Source: Eledone cirrhosa
Taxonomy: Eukaryota
Assembly (NCBI GenBank): GCA_964016885.1
Contig: OZ024740.1
Span: 79,422,001-79,486,000, forward strand
Reading direction: 5' to 3'
Length of the DNA: 64,000 bases
The position numbers and the translations under genes are program-made. Shown here in pieces: positions 25,478 through 36,686 of this stretch; position 1 is the first letter of the stretch, and each line of letters starts with the position of its first letter. The notes under the pieces are model-generated. The model searched no databases. It was not told the origin of the DNA and was given only the letters and a program-made list of their open reading frames with translations.

Positions 25478-26339
25478 ATATAAAGTGTCTTACTTAAGGA
25501 CATAATACGCTGCCCGGAATCGAACTCCCGACTATACGATCGTGAGCCGAATATCTCAAACGACTATTCTCGGATCTCGAATTATACCCCCCTCCCCCCA
25601 TCGCTTATTCAATTTTGCTAATCTATCTCCGGTGAAATTTTATTTTAAGTAGTAGAATTAATGTGACAATTTTCTTTATACATTAAAAGACATTATACAT
25701 GACAAAAAAGTACATATCTAGAAATCCCATACGTTATAAAATAAATACGAGGTGTTGGGGTTTCAATATGTAAACTAGACGACTAATTCTGGTTTTAAAA
25801 AAATCAACTGACACAACCTAGAAAAATTACCGATTCCATCCCACCCCTCCCCGCCTATTATTTGGCATTTCCACAAGTTGTCGAAATATGTACGTGTCAA
25901 ACAGGTAATTTAACCAACCATTTCCACCTCCGCCCTAAATATGCCCAATACAAAATTATAAGAATCGTAAAACCGCCGAACAAAATAGTTTTCGTTATAT
26001 GTTCCAGCGCTTTACGTTCTTAGTTAAAATTCTGTTGAAGTCAACTTTGCTTTCATCATCCTGGGCTCGATAAAATAAAGAACCAGTCAACTATTGTAAT
26101 CAATATAATAGACGGTATTCTTCTCCAAATGTCTTGCCCGGTGCGCCTGTTATAGCTATGCAAAAAACACCAGGGCTTACGCCCTCTGGTGGTGTCCGAC
26201 ACCACCAGATGGCGTTAGCCTCGGTGTATTTTATATAGCTACGGCTTTCTAAATGTTTACCTGTAAACATACCGTGTTTCTTTAGAAATATGAAATTTCC
26301 GTACAAATCTGTATACAGCAATGCCTGAAGCTAAATCCT

Positions 26340-26410
<71 letters not shown>

Positions 26411-26417
<7 letters not shown>

Positions 26418-26565
26418 AGATTCAGGACCCCGAACAGTTCGGATCTAACTGTCGAAACGGCCGGAACTCAGCCGTCGGGGTCCTGAATCTTTTCATATTA
26501 CCCACCTACTACTCCAGGTATGGTGGGTCATGATCCTCCTGGTATTTTACCACACCCTATCTGAT
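26411..26565 (+). mobile_element. Short fold-back element with a partial hammerhead (core missing)
   Basis: Arms TATGAAAAGATTCAGGACCCCGA / TCGGGGTCCTGAATCTTTTCATA enclose ACAGTT..AACTGT-C-GAAA-CGGC..GCCG-TC. Sits in (CT)n(TA)n. Confidence 0.6.
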
Positions 26566-26615
26566 ATATATATATAATATATAAGAACAAAAGATGGTTA
26601 AAAGAGTTCCATGTA

Positions 26616-26682
26616 TTTTATTATGCGCATTTCAAAAACAAATATCATCATGCAATAATATTTGTGTTTTCATCAGATAAAA
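26616..26682 (-). ncRNA. Type I hammerhead motif with long stem II
   Basis: Reverse complement TTTTAT-CTGATGA-[long imperfect AT-rich hairpin]-GAAA-TGCGCA-TA-ATAAAA, with an AUA triplet. Confidence 0.7.
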
Positions 26683-26855
26683 CAGGAAGACATGATATGA
26701 AGGTTAAAAAACACTTGTGGATAGTGCAGTTTTAAATCAACATATCATTACTTTATCAACATGTATTACTTTATTGTACTACAATAAAACTCACCTACAT
26801 ATATATATATATATGCCAGACAAACCACAGCAGAAACAAAACCCTCCATCTCAAT

Positions 26856-26899
26856 TTTACTTTTGAAAATCATAAGAACTGTGAAACCGGTAAAGTAAA
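26856..26899 (+). ncRNA. UUGAAAA-core hammerhead motif
   Basis: TTTACTT-TTGAAAA-TCAT/AAGAA/CTGT-GAAA-CCGG-TA-AAGTAAA: perfect 7-bp stem I, decayed stem II. Confidence 0.55.
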
Positions 26900-27474
26900 T
26901 AAATATTCTTAAAAGACTCCAGTTGCATTTTCAATTCCTTTTCCTTATATGTATAGTTTATTGGTGTGTAATGTTTAATTACTATTGGTTTCACCAGTTT
27001 GAGTACTCAATGCCGAAGTGGGTCCGGTTGCTGATGTGGTATTCTACGTACTCAACCTTATTACTATACGAGTACACAGTGTCTCGAAAAAATGTATGCA
27101 CACTCTGATTACCTGTACAGGCAATATTTATTAAGATGCTGTTGATGTGTGTATACATTTTTTTGGATACCATATATATATATAAAGGAAACAAAAAAAA
27201 AACGAACGAACAAGAGGCAATAACATGAAGTTGTATTTAGTTTCACGCCTGGAGGAAGAAGAGTGACGTATCGGGCATTTATCCTTCAGGAAATACACAC
27301 AAAAAAAAGTGCATAGAAAATAGAAAATAAAAGTTTGTTTAAAATAAAGTCATTAATATTGTACTGAATTGAACTCAATGTAGTGTTAGATATGAATGTC
27401 ATATCGGAGCAAAGCGAAATTTGTTTTTTGGGAAAAAGGGTATCTTAATTCAAGTCGTTGAGTATATATATATG

Positions 27475-27857
27475 TATATTAATAAAAGGAATTCCAACTT
27501 TGTCTGATTTACTCGTTTTATTTACAATCCTTTAAAATGTATAATGGTATTATAATGAAATAGTATGGTAGAATATTAAATGTTAAGTGTTAATTGAACA
27601 ACTACTTTCATGCTTTCGCAATCTTCAGGTTCATACTGTGTGGTGACAGTCAAGTTTGCAATTTTCACAGTTGAAAATTGCAAACTTGACTGTCACCACA
27701 CAATATGAACCTGAAGATTGCGAAAGCATGAAAGTACTTGTTCAATTAACACTTAACATTCTACCATACTATTTCATTCTAATACCATTATACATTTTAA
27801 AGGATTGTAAATAAAACGAGTAAATCAGACAAAGTTGGAATTCCTTTTATTAATATA
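27475..27857. mobile_element. ~380-bp fold-back pLTR-like element
   Basis: ~190-bp inverted arms, 4-nt loop CAGT at 27668-27671, flanked by TA repeats. Confidence 0.8.
27706..27744 (+). ncRNA. Type I minimal hammerhead motif
   Basis: TGAAC-CTGAAGA-T-TGC/GAAA/GCA-T-GAAA-GTAC-TT-GTTCA, with a CUU triplet. Confidence 0.75.
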
Positions 27858-28870
27858 ATCTTCTATACACAATCATACACACCCGTGTATATTTATCTCC
27901 CTCTCTCTCTATATATATATATATGCAGTATCGTAGTTAGAGTGTGACGCGAAGAGCATCCCTTGACTCTGCCCACCCCAAACATATTAAAATATATACA
28001 ACAGACCCAAAAGTGCCCCCCCCCCCCCCCACACACACACAAAAGTGTCACTCGGAGCGAACCGAACATCGCCCCCATTCGGATTAAGTCTACCCCCCCC
28101 CCCCCCAAAAAAAAACATGAACGATCTTTCTAACGGGTTTTCACACTGTTTCCGTCTACCAAATATCACGTTTTAACCACACATCAATGCCTGGACCTGC
28201 TTTGAATAATAGAAATAACAGAATGCAAGATTAGATATGTAGTATTTAGCTGCGACTCTGTACTTTGCATTCAAATAGCGCATGGGGTAACTTTTCATTT
28301 CATTTCCCAAGGGTTGATTAAAAACAAAAATTGATAAAGATAATATGTACCAGTAACATTCTGGTTCATTTTTTTTTTTTTCACTATAAATTTATTGTCT
28401 TGCCGCAATGTAAGTTATTTGTATAAACAACACGATCAAACACTTGTTGTTGAACCTCAGGTCAATCTTCATTGAACATATTTAAGATCATAGGTGCTCC
28501 AGCCACGACTAACACGTTTTATTTCCATATACAGTGCATCAGAAATTACACTATCTAACGTAGTCCTTTGTTTAAGACGGCGGGGGAAGTTTGGTTTGAC
28601 TGATTTGGTGACTATTTTTAGCAGATCGAGCGACCACTAACAAGCTCCTTCGTTAGTTAAAGCATTTGCTATTGTTGTTGTCTTTGTTGCAGGAGATATA
28701 AAATAGGATTTGGTGATATTCATGCATTTCTATTATGTTGTGACTTGTCTTGGTCGTTGTCATATATTTATATAGTGATAGCAACTGACTATGTTAGGTG
28801 CGGCGATGGAAGTGTGAACCTAGCACTAAAAAATACTACTATTACTACCATCATTAACACTACTGCTACT

Positions 28871-29060
28871 GGTGGATTGGCAGTATCGGTAGAGGGTCGG
28901 ACGCCATGCTTTGCAGCAAAGAGTTACAGCCCTTTATGGTCGGAGTTCAAATCCCGCTGAGGTTAACTTTGCCTTTCATCCTTACGGGGTCGATAAAATA
29001 AAGTACCAGTAATACACTGAGTTAATTGCTGGCCTTGCGCCAAAAGTAGAAACAATTATT
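28871..29060 (+). mobile_element. SINE family A (Meta-like)
   Basis: Full-length family match. Confidence 0.85.
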
Positions 29061-29345
29061 AACTATACGACTACCGCAACCACCACCTCCAGTACTACAA
29101 CTAGTATCACTACTACTGCAACTATTGCAATCGCCACCTCCAACACTACTACTATTACCTCCACTACTACTACTACCGCAGCCACCACCACTAGTATTAC
29201 TACTACCGCAGCCACCATCACTAGTAGTATTACTACTACTACTACCGCACTCACCATCGACAGTATTACTACTACTATTATTGTCACCACCATCGCCAGT
29301 ACTACTACTATTATTATTACTACAACTACCGCAGCCCCACCACAA
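29061..29345. repeat. Degenerate (ACT/ACC)n trinucleotide low-complexity tract
   Basis: Runs of ACT/CCA triplets. Confidence 0.85.
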
Positions 29346-29770
29346 TCGTTTTTAATCAACACCGTCATCAGCAGCAGCTGCTTCACCTTATAGTCAGTCA
29401 TCCACCATTTTAAGTCGTTCTACTCCTCCATCATTCTAGTTACCCTTTATAACATTGCAGTATAGAATTCTTAATCTTCTCACACTTCCTCCACCCAAGA
29501 CTCCTCACAACAACAGTAACGTCATCACCATTACCATCATCAAGGATCAACTAACCACGTGATAAGTTTTTCTACTCACACACTAAATACACAGTAACAT
29601 CTATAGCGTTGTCTCTGTTGTACATTTGTAAACCGGGGTTTAAAAAGGTGAGTTATTTAGACAGTTTTCTCTTTTTCTCCCACTTTTTACATTCTCCACA
29701 TATCTACTACTATTATATATATATACATACACACACATATACATTACACACGTACATACAAATATATGTA

Positions 29771-30344
29771 TCAGGTTGGTGCAAAAGTCATGTCCGAATG
29801 TTTCAGAGAGAATTTATCCAATTTGTGCCTCTTGTTATAGTTTCGAGATGTCTCTGTGACTAATTTATACCTTTTTCTTTCAGATTATCTACGTTTTGTT
29901 CATAATTGTCATCAACATTTGCACCCATGTTTGCCCCATCTAAAGATCATATTAGAAATGTTTTACTCTATGAGTTTCATAAAGGTGTGAATGCAAGCAC
30001 AGCAGCAAAATCTGTTCAGAGCGCTTATGGGGTTAATGCAGTGAATGAAAGAAGTTGCAGGAGGTGGTTTTCCCGTTTCCGAAGTGGGGATTTCAGTTTG
30101 AAAGACGAGCCAAAAGAGGGTCGTCCGAAAAAACTTGATTCCGATGCGTTGGAAGCTATTGTCTCAGAAAACCCCACCATTACCACTAGGGAACTTGCAG
30201 AACAATTAAACGTAGTCCATACAACCGTGCTACGCCAACTGAAAAGGATCGGAAAGGTTTCAGTGGATGGAAAATGGGTCCCACACGAGCTGTCGTCAGA
30301 TAATCTGCAACAACCTTGAAATCGGACATTACTTTTCCACCAAC

Positions 30345-30348
<4 letters not shown>
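29771..30348 (+). mobile_element. Internally deleted mariner element
   Basis: 27-bp TIRs TCAGGTTGGTGCAAAAGTCATGTCCGA / TCGGACATTACTTTTCCACCAACCTGA with TA TSD. Confidence 0.92.
29927..30319 (+). CDS. Truncated mariner transposase (paired HTH DNA-binding domain + WVPHEL linker, no DD34D domain)
   Basis: Uninterrupted ORF MFAPSKDHIRNVLLYEF...RRWFSRFRSGDFSLKDEPKEGRPK...GKWVPHELS. Expression is unknown. Confidence 0.7.
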   Translation: MFAPSKDHIRNVLLYEFHKGVNASTAAKSVQSAYGVNAVNERSCRRWFSRFRSGDFSLKDEPKEGRPKKLDSDALEAIVSENPTITTRELAEQLNVVHTTVLRQLKRIGKVSVDGKWVPHELSSDNLQQP

Positions 30349-30395
<47 letters not shown>

Positions 30396-30421
30396 ACATA
30401 TACATAAATATATATATATAT

Positions 30422-30605
30422 AAGGAAAAAAATCGAAAATGCAACTGTAGTCTTTTTAAGAATATGTATTTCCTTTACTGGTTTCACAGTTCTTATGCTT
30501 TTCAAAAGTAAAATTGAGATGAAGGGTTTTTTGGTTTGTCTTGCATCGACAGCAGAAATGAAAATCTCTATTTCACGTATTGAGTACTGCTTCCATCTGT
30601 AAATT
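30422..30605 (-). mobile_element. Copy of the UUGAAAA-hammerhead family
   Basis: Reverse complement TTTTACTT-TTGAAAA-GCAT/AAGAA/CTGT-GAAA-CCAG-TA-AAGGAAA. Homologous to the 18727 and 26816 elements. Confidence 0.6.
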
Positions 30606-31342
30606 TATATATATATATTTGCACACACAAATACAGGAATGTATGTATATTTGTGATATACACAATTTAATCCTGTTGAATAAATATTACAACATATTGT
30701 TTTGTTTTTAACCTCCCGTTGTGTTTCGCTGTTTATTTATTTTGAAGAGTTGGAGGTTTGTTTTGTTTTATCGAAGTTTCCATAGTTTTGATACTACCAC
30801 CGGTCTGCCCATCCATGCCACACACTCTGCAAATATTTCTATTTATTTATGCAATATTGCAACTATGAATTACACTTAGCAGGAATATATGTGCTTATGT
30901 ATGTATGTATGTATGTATAAATAAGCTCACGCACTTGTTTGCATGCAGATGTATAATAAATAACACACACGCAGATTGATAAATAAGTTCTACATCAACA
31001 CACAAGCCCATATAGTATATTGCTTTATTCCACATATATACACGTATTAGTATATATTTTCCTACATATGTATGCGTATGCATGCATTTAAATATATTTA
31101 ATATGCACGCACTTGTTTGTAAACATAGATGAACCGCCTACATCAGAATGTTTGTTGCGTGCATATATATGAAAACTGTCTCAAAAATACGTTCATATTG
31201 TTTTGTCAGCAGTACTAACATTTACGCACTACTATATGACTATAATACACACACACCTTTTTTCTTGTATATTATTAAAAAGTATATGGGAAAAGATATG
31301 TGTGTGGGGGGGGGGGGGGGGGGGGGGGCTTACGTATTAGTG

Positions 31343-31387
<45 letters not shown>

Positions 31388-31591
31388 TTCAAGAAAGTCT
31401 GATTCCTTGACACCTGCTAGAAACAACAGCCAGACGACTCTCTTAAATTGCGAGAAAAGGATACGTTATGTCTTGAGTTCTTGGCAAATTATTATTTAAA
31501 AGACATGATGGTCATGGCTGGAATGCCTTTGTTCGAGCACAGCTAACTGACTAAACATCAGACTTTTTTTTAGAAAAGCATCTCTCTTATC

Positions 31592-31628
<37 letters not shown>

Positions 31629-31632
<4 letters not shown>

Positions 31633-31818
31633 ATATAGAAAAGCTTCTACAGGACTAGAACTGTTTCATTCGTGAGAAATCACCAGGGCTTCCTGATGAT
31701 TTCTCACGAATGAAACAGTTCTAGTCCTGTAGAAGCTTTTCTATATTAAACATTTATACTCTATGTATTGAGTACCTTACGTACTGTGGTTACCCCCCGA
31801 TTGAACCCGGAATAACTT
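31629..31818 (+). mobile_element. Fold-back pLTR-like element in (TA)n
   Basis: ~58-bp inverted arms 31629-31687 / 31692-31750 plus a ~70-bp tail. Confidence 0.8.
31688..31736 (+). ncRNA. Canonical type I hammerhead ribozyme motif
   Basis: GCTTC-CTGATGA-TTTC/TCAC/GAAT-GAAA-CAG/TTCTAGTC/CTG-TA-GAAGC, with a GUA triplet. Confidence 0.85.
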
Positions 31819-33720
31819 ATATATATATATTTATTTATAATTTATTCAGTTATAAATATTTACTCGTTGTAACCCAACAATTTAAATATAACTTTCCATA
31901 TATTTATTTATATATATTTATCAACTGTTATTTCAATGTCTCCTTAAATTTATAAATGCTACTGGTGTCTCTAAACTGCTCCTGGATTGAGATGTTAATA
32001 ATAATAATAAGTGTTGATAGTCTAATTAATGGGACCCTGTAGTTTCTAACAACTTTTGTTTCTTGAAGTGTGATAATACAACTCTTTTCTATTTCCTTTG
32101 TGTTAGTGTATAGCTGTCCCACGGAGTAAATTGTATGTTTATAAAGAAAGGATTGTATTTAGTTGACAGCTGAGTTTCAGTATATTTCGTCACTTCATCC
32201 AAATAACATTTATGAATATAATTATTTTTGATGATAACAATTTGAAGAAAAAAAAATGTAACTTCTTGTTGCTTAACGTCAATATCATGTTTTTTTTTTA
32301 TGGGACGGGGCCCCATATGTTTCCATGAAACACATTTTCATTTTCTAAAACTGCCTGTCCGTTAAATTATTTTAAAAATCAATTTTAAATATAAACAAGT
32401 TAAAGGGAGATTTTTGCTCTTGGGTTTTTTATTTAAATAAAATCTTCAATACAAATTCTATTTAAAGTAAACTCCCTCCCTTCTAATGAAAGTGTTTCAC
32501 ATTACCAGAAAATTGATAATATATGAATAGATATGTTAATACTGACGCCATAATTTTGTTTGACTTTCTTCCTAACTTCTGCTTTTTATCGACACGGTTG
32601 AGTGAGTCTATATTTTTGTTTTTCGTTATTTAGAAACAGATTTTTTTTTTCATATCCACAAACAGTATTTATTTGATGGTTAGAAACGGGTTTTATCGTC
32701 ATGGTAGATTTATTTACAAGCCACTAGTAACTCGAAATTCAACATTTGCAAAATGAACGTTAGGAACAATTTCACTTCGACAAGTGATAATTTCTTCCAT
32801 AAACATTCTGATTTTACGGTGGGTGGTGGTGAAGAGATGAATTGTAATGTATTAGTATCACGACTCTAGGTGAGGGGAAAGAAATGATACTGTGTGAGGG
32901 TCGTGACATGTAGAAGTAAAAACGAAAGCTTACTAGACATTTTTCGTTTTTTAAGCTTAAAGCAAGTGGGCTACTGTGGTGAATCCTAAAGTTTTTATGG
33001 TACGAGTTTTATTTGACCAAAGAAGTCATTTGCATGATTCATTTCTTAATTTAAAATATTTATCCTACTGTGTTGCATAGTGCAATTAAATAGAAATTAT
33101 ATTTGGTGTGTCATGAAATTTTCCTTGTAAATTTTGTTGGCCACCTTCGGAAAAAAGTTCTTCATGACTGGTTTAAGGTAGTAAGGAATGCCATTAGGAA
33201 TATCACGTTTAACTCGTTTAATACTAAACAGCTCTTATATTTATCTAAAAACAGCTATGTAATTTTATGCCCCATACATCAGTTTTATAAGAAAATTATA
33301 TTACTAAACCCCTCTAAATTCTTGATTATTTTGTACATTATTTCAAAATTTTAGCCTGTGATTTTCATGGTAACGAAAGAATTGTAGTTGTTAATTGACT
33401 TGCAACTGAGTAGTATAATTTCACTACGTATTTGTGTCTCTTTAAAAACTTTCAGGAATCTTACGTTTTGTACAATATCGGTCTGCAGTGTAATAATCAA
33501 CTATAAGCCACGTGTGTTTGTATATTTATATATCCGTCTGTAACTATTTAAAATTTGCGCACGCGTGCATACATACACACACACAGTGCAGTTTCTATTT
33601 TGATCATATTACAATTAAGTTCGCTTTCCAATCATAAGGCCATGGGTTCTAAACATACCCCTGTCCTTGTAAATAGTTATTTCTCTAAAGTTATATATAC
33701 ATTTCATCCTGCATCTCATT

Positions 33721-33764
<44 letters not shown>

Positions 33765-33767
<3 letters not shown>

Positions 33768-34370
33768 TCACCACTTGGTGCTACTGGTAACATGTATCCC
33801 AGTACAACCTGTCTCATGGTCGGGTCGTTGGCGACTAAACTGGCAACCCCACCAAGGTTTCTTGGTGAGGAGGGTGACTTTGGACATCCTGCAGGACTAA
33901 AAACAAAACCTGTCAAAGGGCAAAGGAGCTCTTAAGAGTCAATGGCCATCCAAAATCACCGGGAGAGATGACCCCTTAGCCTTTGTCAAGGCAGAATTCT
34001 AGGAGAAGGAAAACTCTGATATAACACCTGCAACCCTGATGGTATCCAATGATGTTGACTTGTTCTTCTTTTTGGTAAATATCATATTGGTTAAGAGAGT
34101 GGGACTGGCTTTGTGCAGTGCCTTTGCTCACTATAAAAGCTTCACGGCACAGGCATTGCTTTATATCTGGAGATCTCTCTGCACTTGTCGTCACATGGTA
34201 CCAAAGGCAAAGCACAATGTGTCAATAATTGTCACAAGTGTAGTGTTTGTACCAGAGTTTTCAATACGCTGGCTGGACTAAAAAGTCACACTCGTTCAGC
34301 GCATCGGTAGGGGTTCTCCTACATGGATATAAAGTAGTGGCCGTACTCGAAAACGAGTTGGCAGCCACCA
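33765..34370. mobile_element. Unclassified element in (TA)n, paralog of 4921-5446
   Basis: Colinear similarity, with several CG>TG/CA differences. Confidence 0.65.
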
Positions 34371-34559
34371 TATATATATATATATATTCCCAGAAATATA
34401 TTAACATATTCTTATCTTTAATGTCAGTAATTAACATAAACTATAGAATTTCTTTTATGCAAACCATTAATTTATCAAAATGCAAATTCCTCAGTTAATG
34501 ACCATGGGTTTTTCACATGGAAAGTTCCCTTCTGAGGCACACCAGTCTTGCATATAATT

Positions 34560-34740
34560 AAGTCTCTCTCTTTCTCCGATGTTTCCGATACAGTGACATT
34601 GCAACTCATTTCTACAGCTGAATGAACAGGAATAAATAGTGTCTTGCTGAAGGACACACTGCACCGCCAGGTCCGGGAATCGAACACGCAACTTCCCGAT
34701 TGTAAGCCCAACGCTCTAACCACTAAGCCACGTACCTCAC
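34560..34740 (-). mobile_element. SINE family B
   Basis: Reverse complement GTGGCTTAGTGGTTAGAGCG...GTTCGATTCCCGGACC...GTGTCCTTCAGCAAGACACT. Confidence 0.75.
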
Positions 34741-36487
34741 TAGTTAGTCTATAACGTTCAAAGGTCTATTGATTTGTATTCAGAATTATTCTTATTAATT
34801 CACTCAGTTTAAATAACGCGATGTAATGGCATAATTTTTTTTATTGCTGAGTCATCTACTCAATCCGCTATTAATAAATACTAAATTAGTTTCAATTTGA
34901 AACCCTCCCACCCCCTTGCCGCTATCCGCTGGGAGCACTTGTACGAAAAGGGCAACAGGACATTGAATGATGTCAGTATATTAGGCATTGTTGTTTCAAA
35001 GTTCAAGTTGCCCTTTCAATAGCACAGTACTCCTGCTCTGTTGTAATCAGTCACGGTCTAGTTAACTGTTTCTTTTGTGCAGTTATCAATGATCCGCACT
35101 TTCCGCGACTGCTGAAACCACAAAATGGAGAAAGAGCCGCTTTAAAACTTATTTTGTATGTATAAATGTATGCTGTTTAAAATGTTTAAAGAAAACTCAT
35201 ATATATGCGTGTGGTTGACTGACTCCCCATTGCTGCCCCAATGGCGTGGGCACAGACAGTGGTGGAGCGTTCTCTGGTAAACTTCGTCGTTGCCCCAGAG
35301 GATGGCAAGGAAGACGCATTGGAATAGCCTTTCCAACTTACTCCAGTGAGTAGCCAACTCCACCCCAATTGTAGTGAGTAGGGATGTGATCTGGGGGTGG
35401 CAAGAATGCCATTACAGGGTAGCTTAGACAGCTGGAAATAGCAGCTAATTCTCTACCAAATCACATCCTACTGCCCTTTTTTTATTGGGAGGGGTATACA
35501 TACCTGACAATATCTAAAATAAACTGTCTGAAAACTGGGTCATGGCCCATGGCTAAACAATACATTTTAAGAAATGATTTAAAATCTGTAATTCTGTTTC
35601 AATTGAAATTACCATATTTCCTGGTGCTTTGTCCTCGAGGATGCACCCTAATTTTGACAACCAAAAATTTAACCCTCTGCCTCAAGGATGCATGGTAGAT
35701 TTTTCTTTTAGACTTATTTTAAGAAAAAAGTAGCATCTTCGACGCCGGGCAATACGGTATATGTTAGCTCTTATTATATATTATTGTTATATTTCTATTG
35801 AAATACAAGGCATGCCAACCTTTTTTGAGCAGTGGGCCACATAGGATGTGGCTCATCATCAGGTAGGCTGCACTACTAAAAAATTCAAGGCTAATTTTGT
35901 AATTAGGTGTGCCATTCAGGAATCCAAACAGGCCAGTTTGCCCATGACTGGTCTATAATTTATATGAAGCATTGTGAAATATGTGATTAGAATTTTAGGG
36001 AAAGCTAATACAGTTCAAATTAAAAATAAGAGTGAACTTAAAATTAAAAGTAAGACAGGCAAACAAGTTTACACTTTTACCTTATTTCATTATATTTCAA
36101 GGTAAGATTTCCTTTTCAAAAGAAAGGCAGAGCTCCACTCGTCATCACCATCCTACTCCCTTTCCTTTCTTTTGGTAAATATCATGAAATGTAAGTTAAG
36201 TTATTTTGTTTGTTTTTAGTTTTCACCTCTTTGTTTGTTGTACTGTACTGGCTTCCTATAACATTCCTAACCACAATCTGTATTTCAATTGATTTTGAAA
36301 ATAATCAAGAATTCAGAGGAATTTAGTCAAATGCCAATTTCTTTTCACTGTTCACATAATAAATGGTTTTCACATGAAAATGGTGGAAGCTATTAATCTA
36401 AATTTAACACCAGTTTTCAGATCAGTTGGTATTTAAAGGGTTAAGAAATTGTCAAATATTTAAGACTCCAAAGAATCTGGTAGCATT

Positions 36488-36686
36488 TTAACCCTTTAGC
36501 ATTTAAACTGGCCATTCTCTTACCCCTTCCTGTTCAAACCAGCTGTAACTGGCTGCTCATACCAATGTTTGGGTATTGTTCTCAGAATAGATATCAAAAT
36601 CTCAGATTCAATATTATGTGAGATAAAGCCTTTATTACAAAAATACAATAGTATATATAGAATAATATAAATGCTAATGGGTTAAA
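36488..36686. mobile_element. piggyBac-type MITE (TTAA-flanked); other copies at 48247-48467, 53915-54126, 54752-54963, 61452-61654 and 63881-end
   Basis: TTAA-CCCTTTAGCATTTA...AATGCTAA(A/T)GGG-TTAA termini and a shared ~200-bp interior. Confidence 0.8.

Noticed and set aside
29022-29401. Ser/Gly-, Val- and Leu/Pro-rich ORFs
   Set aside because: Translations of a trinucleotide low-complexity tract.
32500-32552. Minus-strand ATGGCG start with a possible donor (MASVLTYLFIYYQFS)
   Set aside because: No downstream exons or homology to support it.
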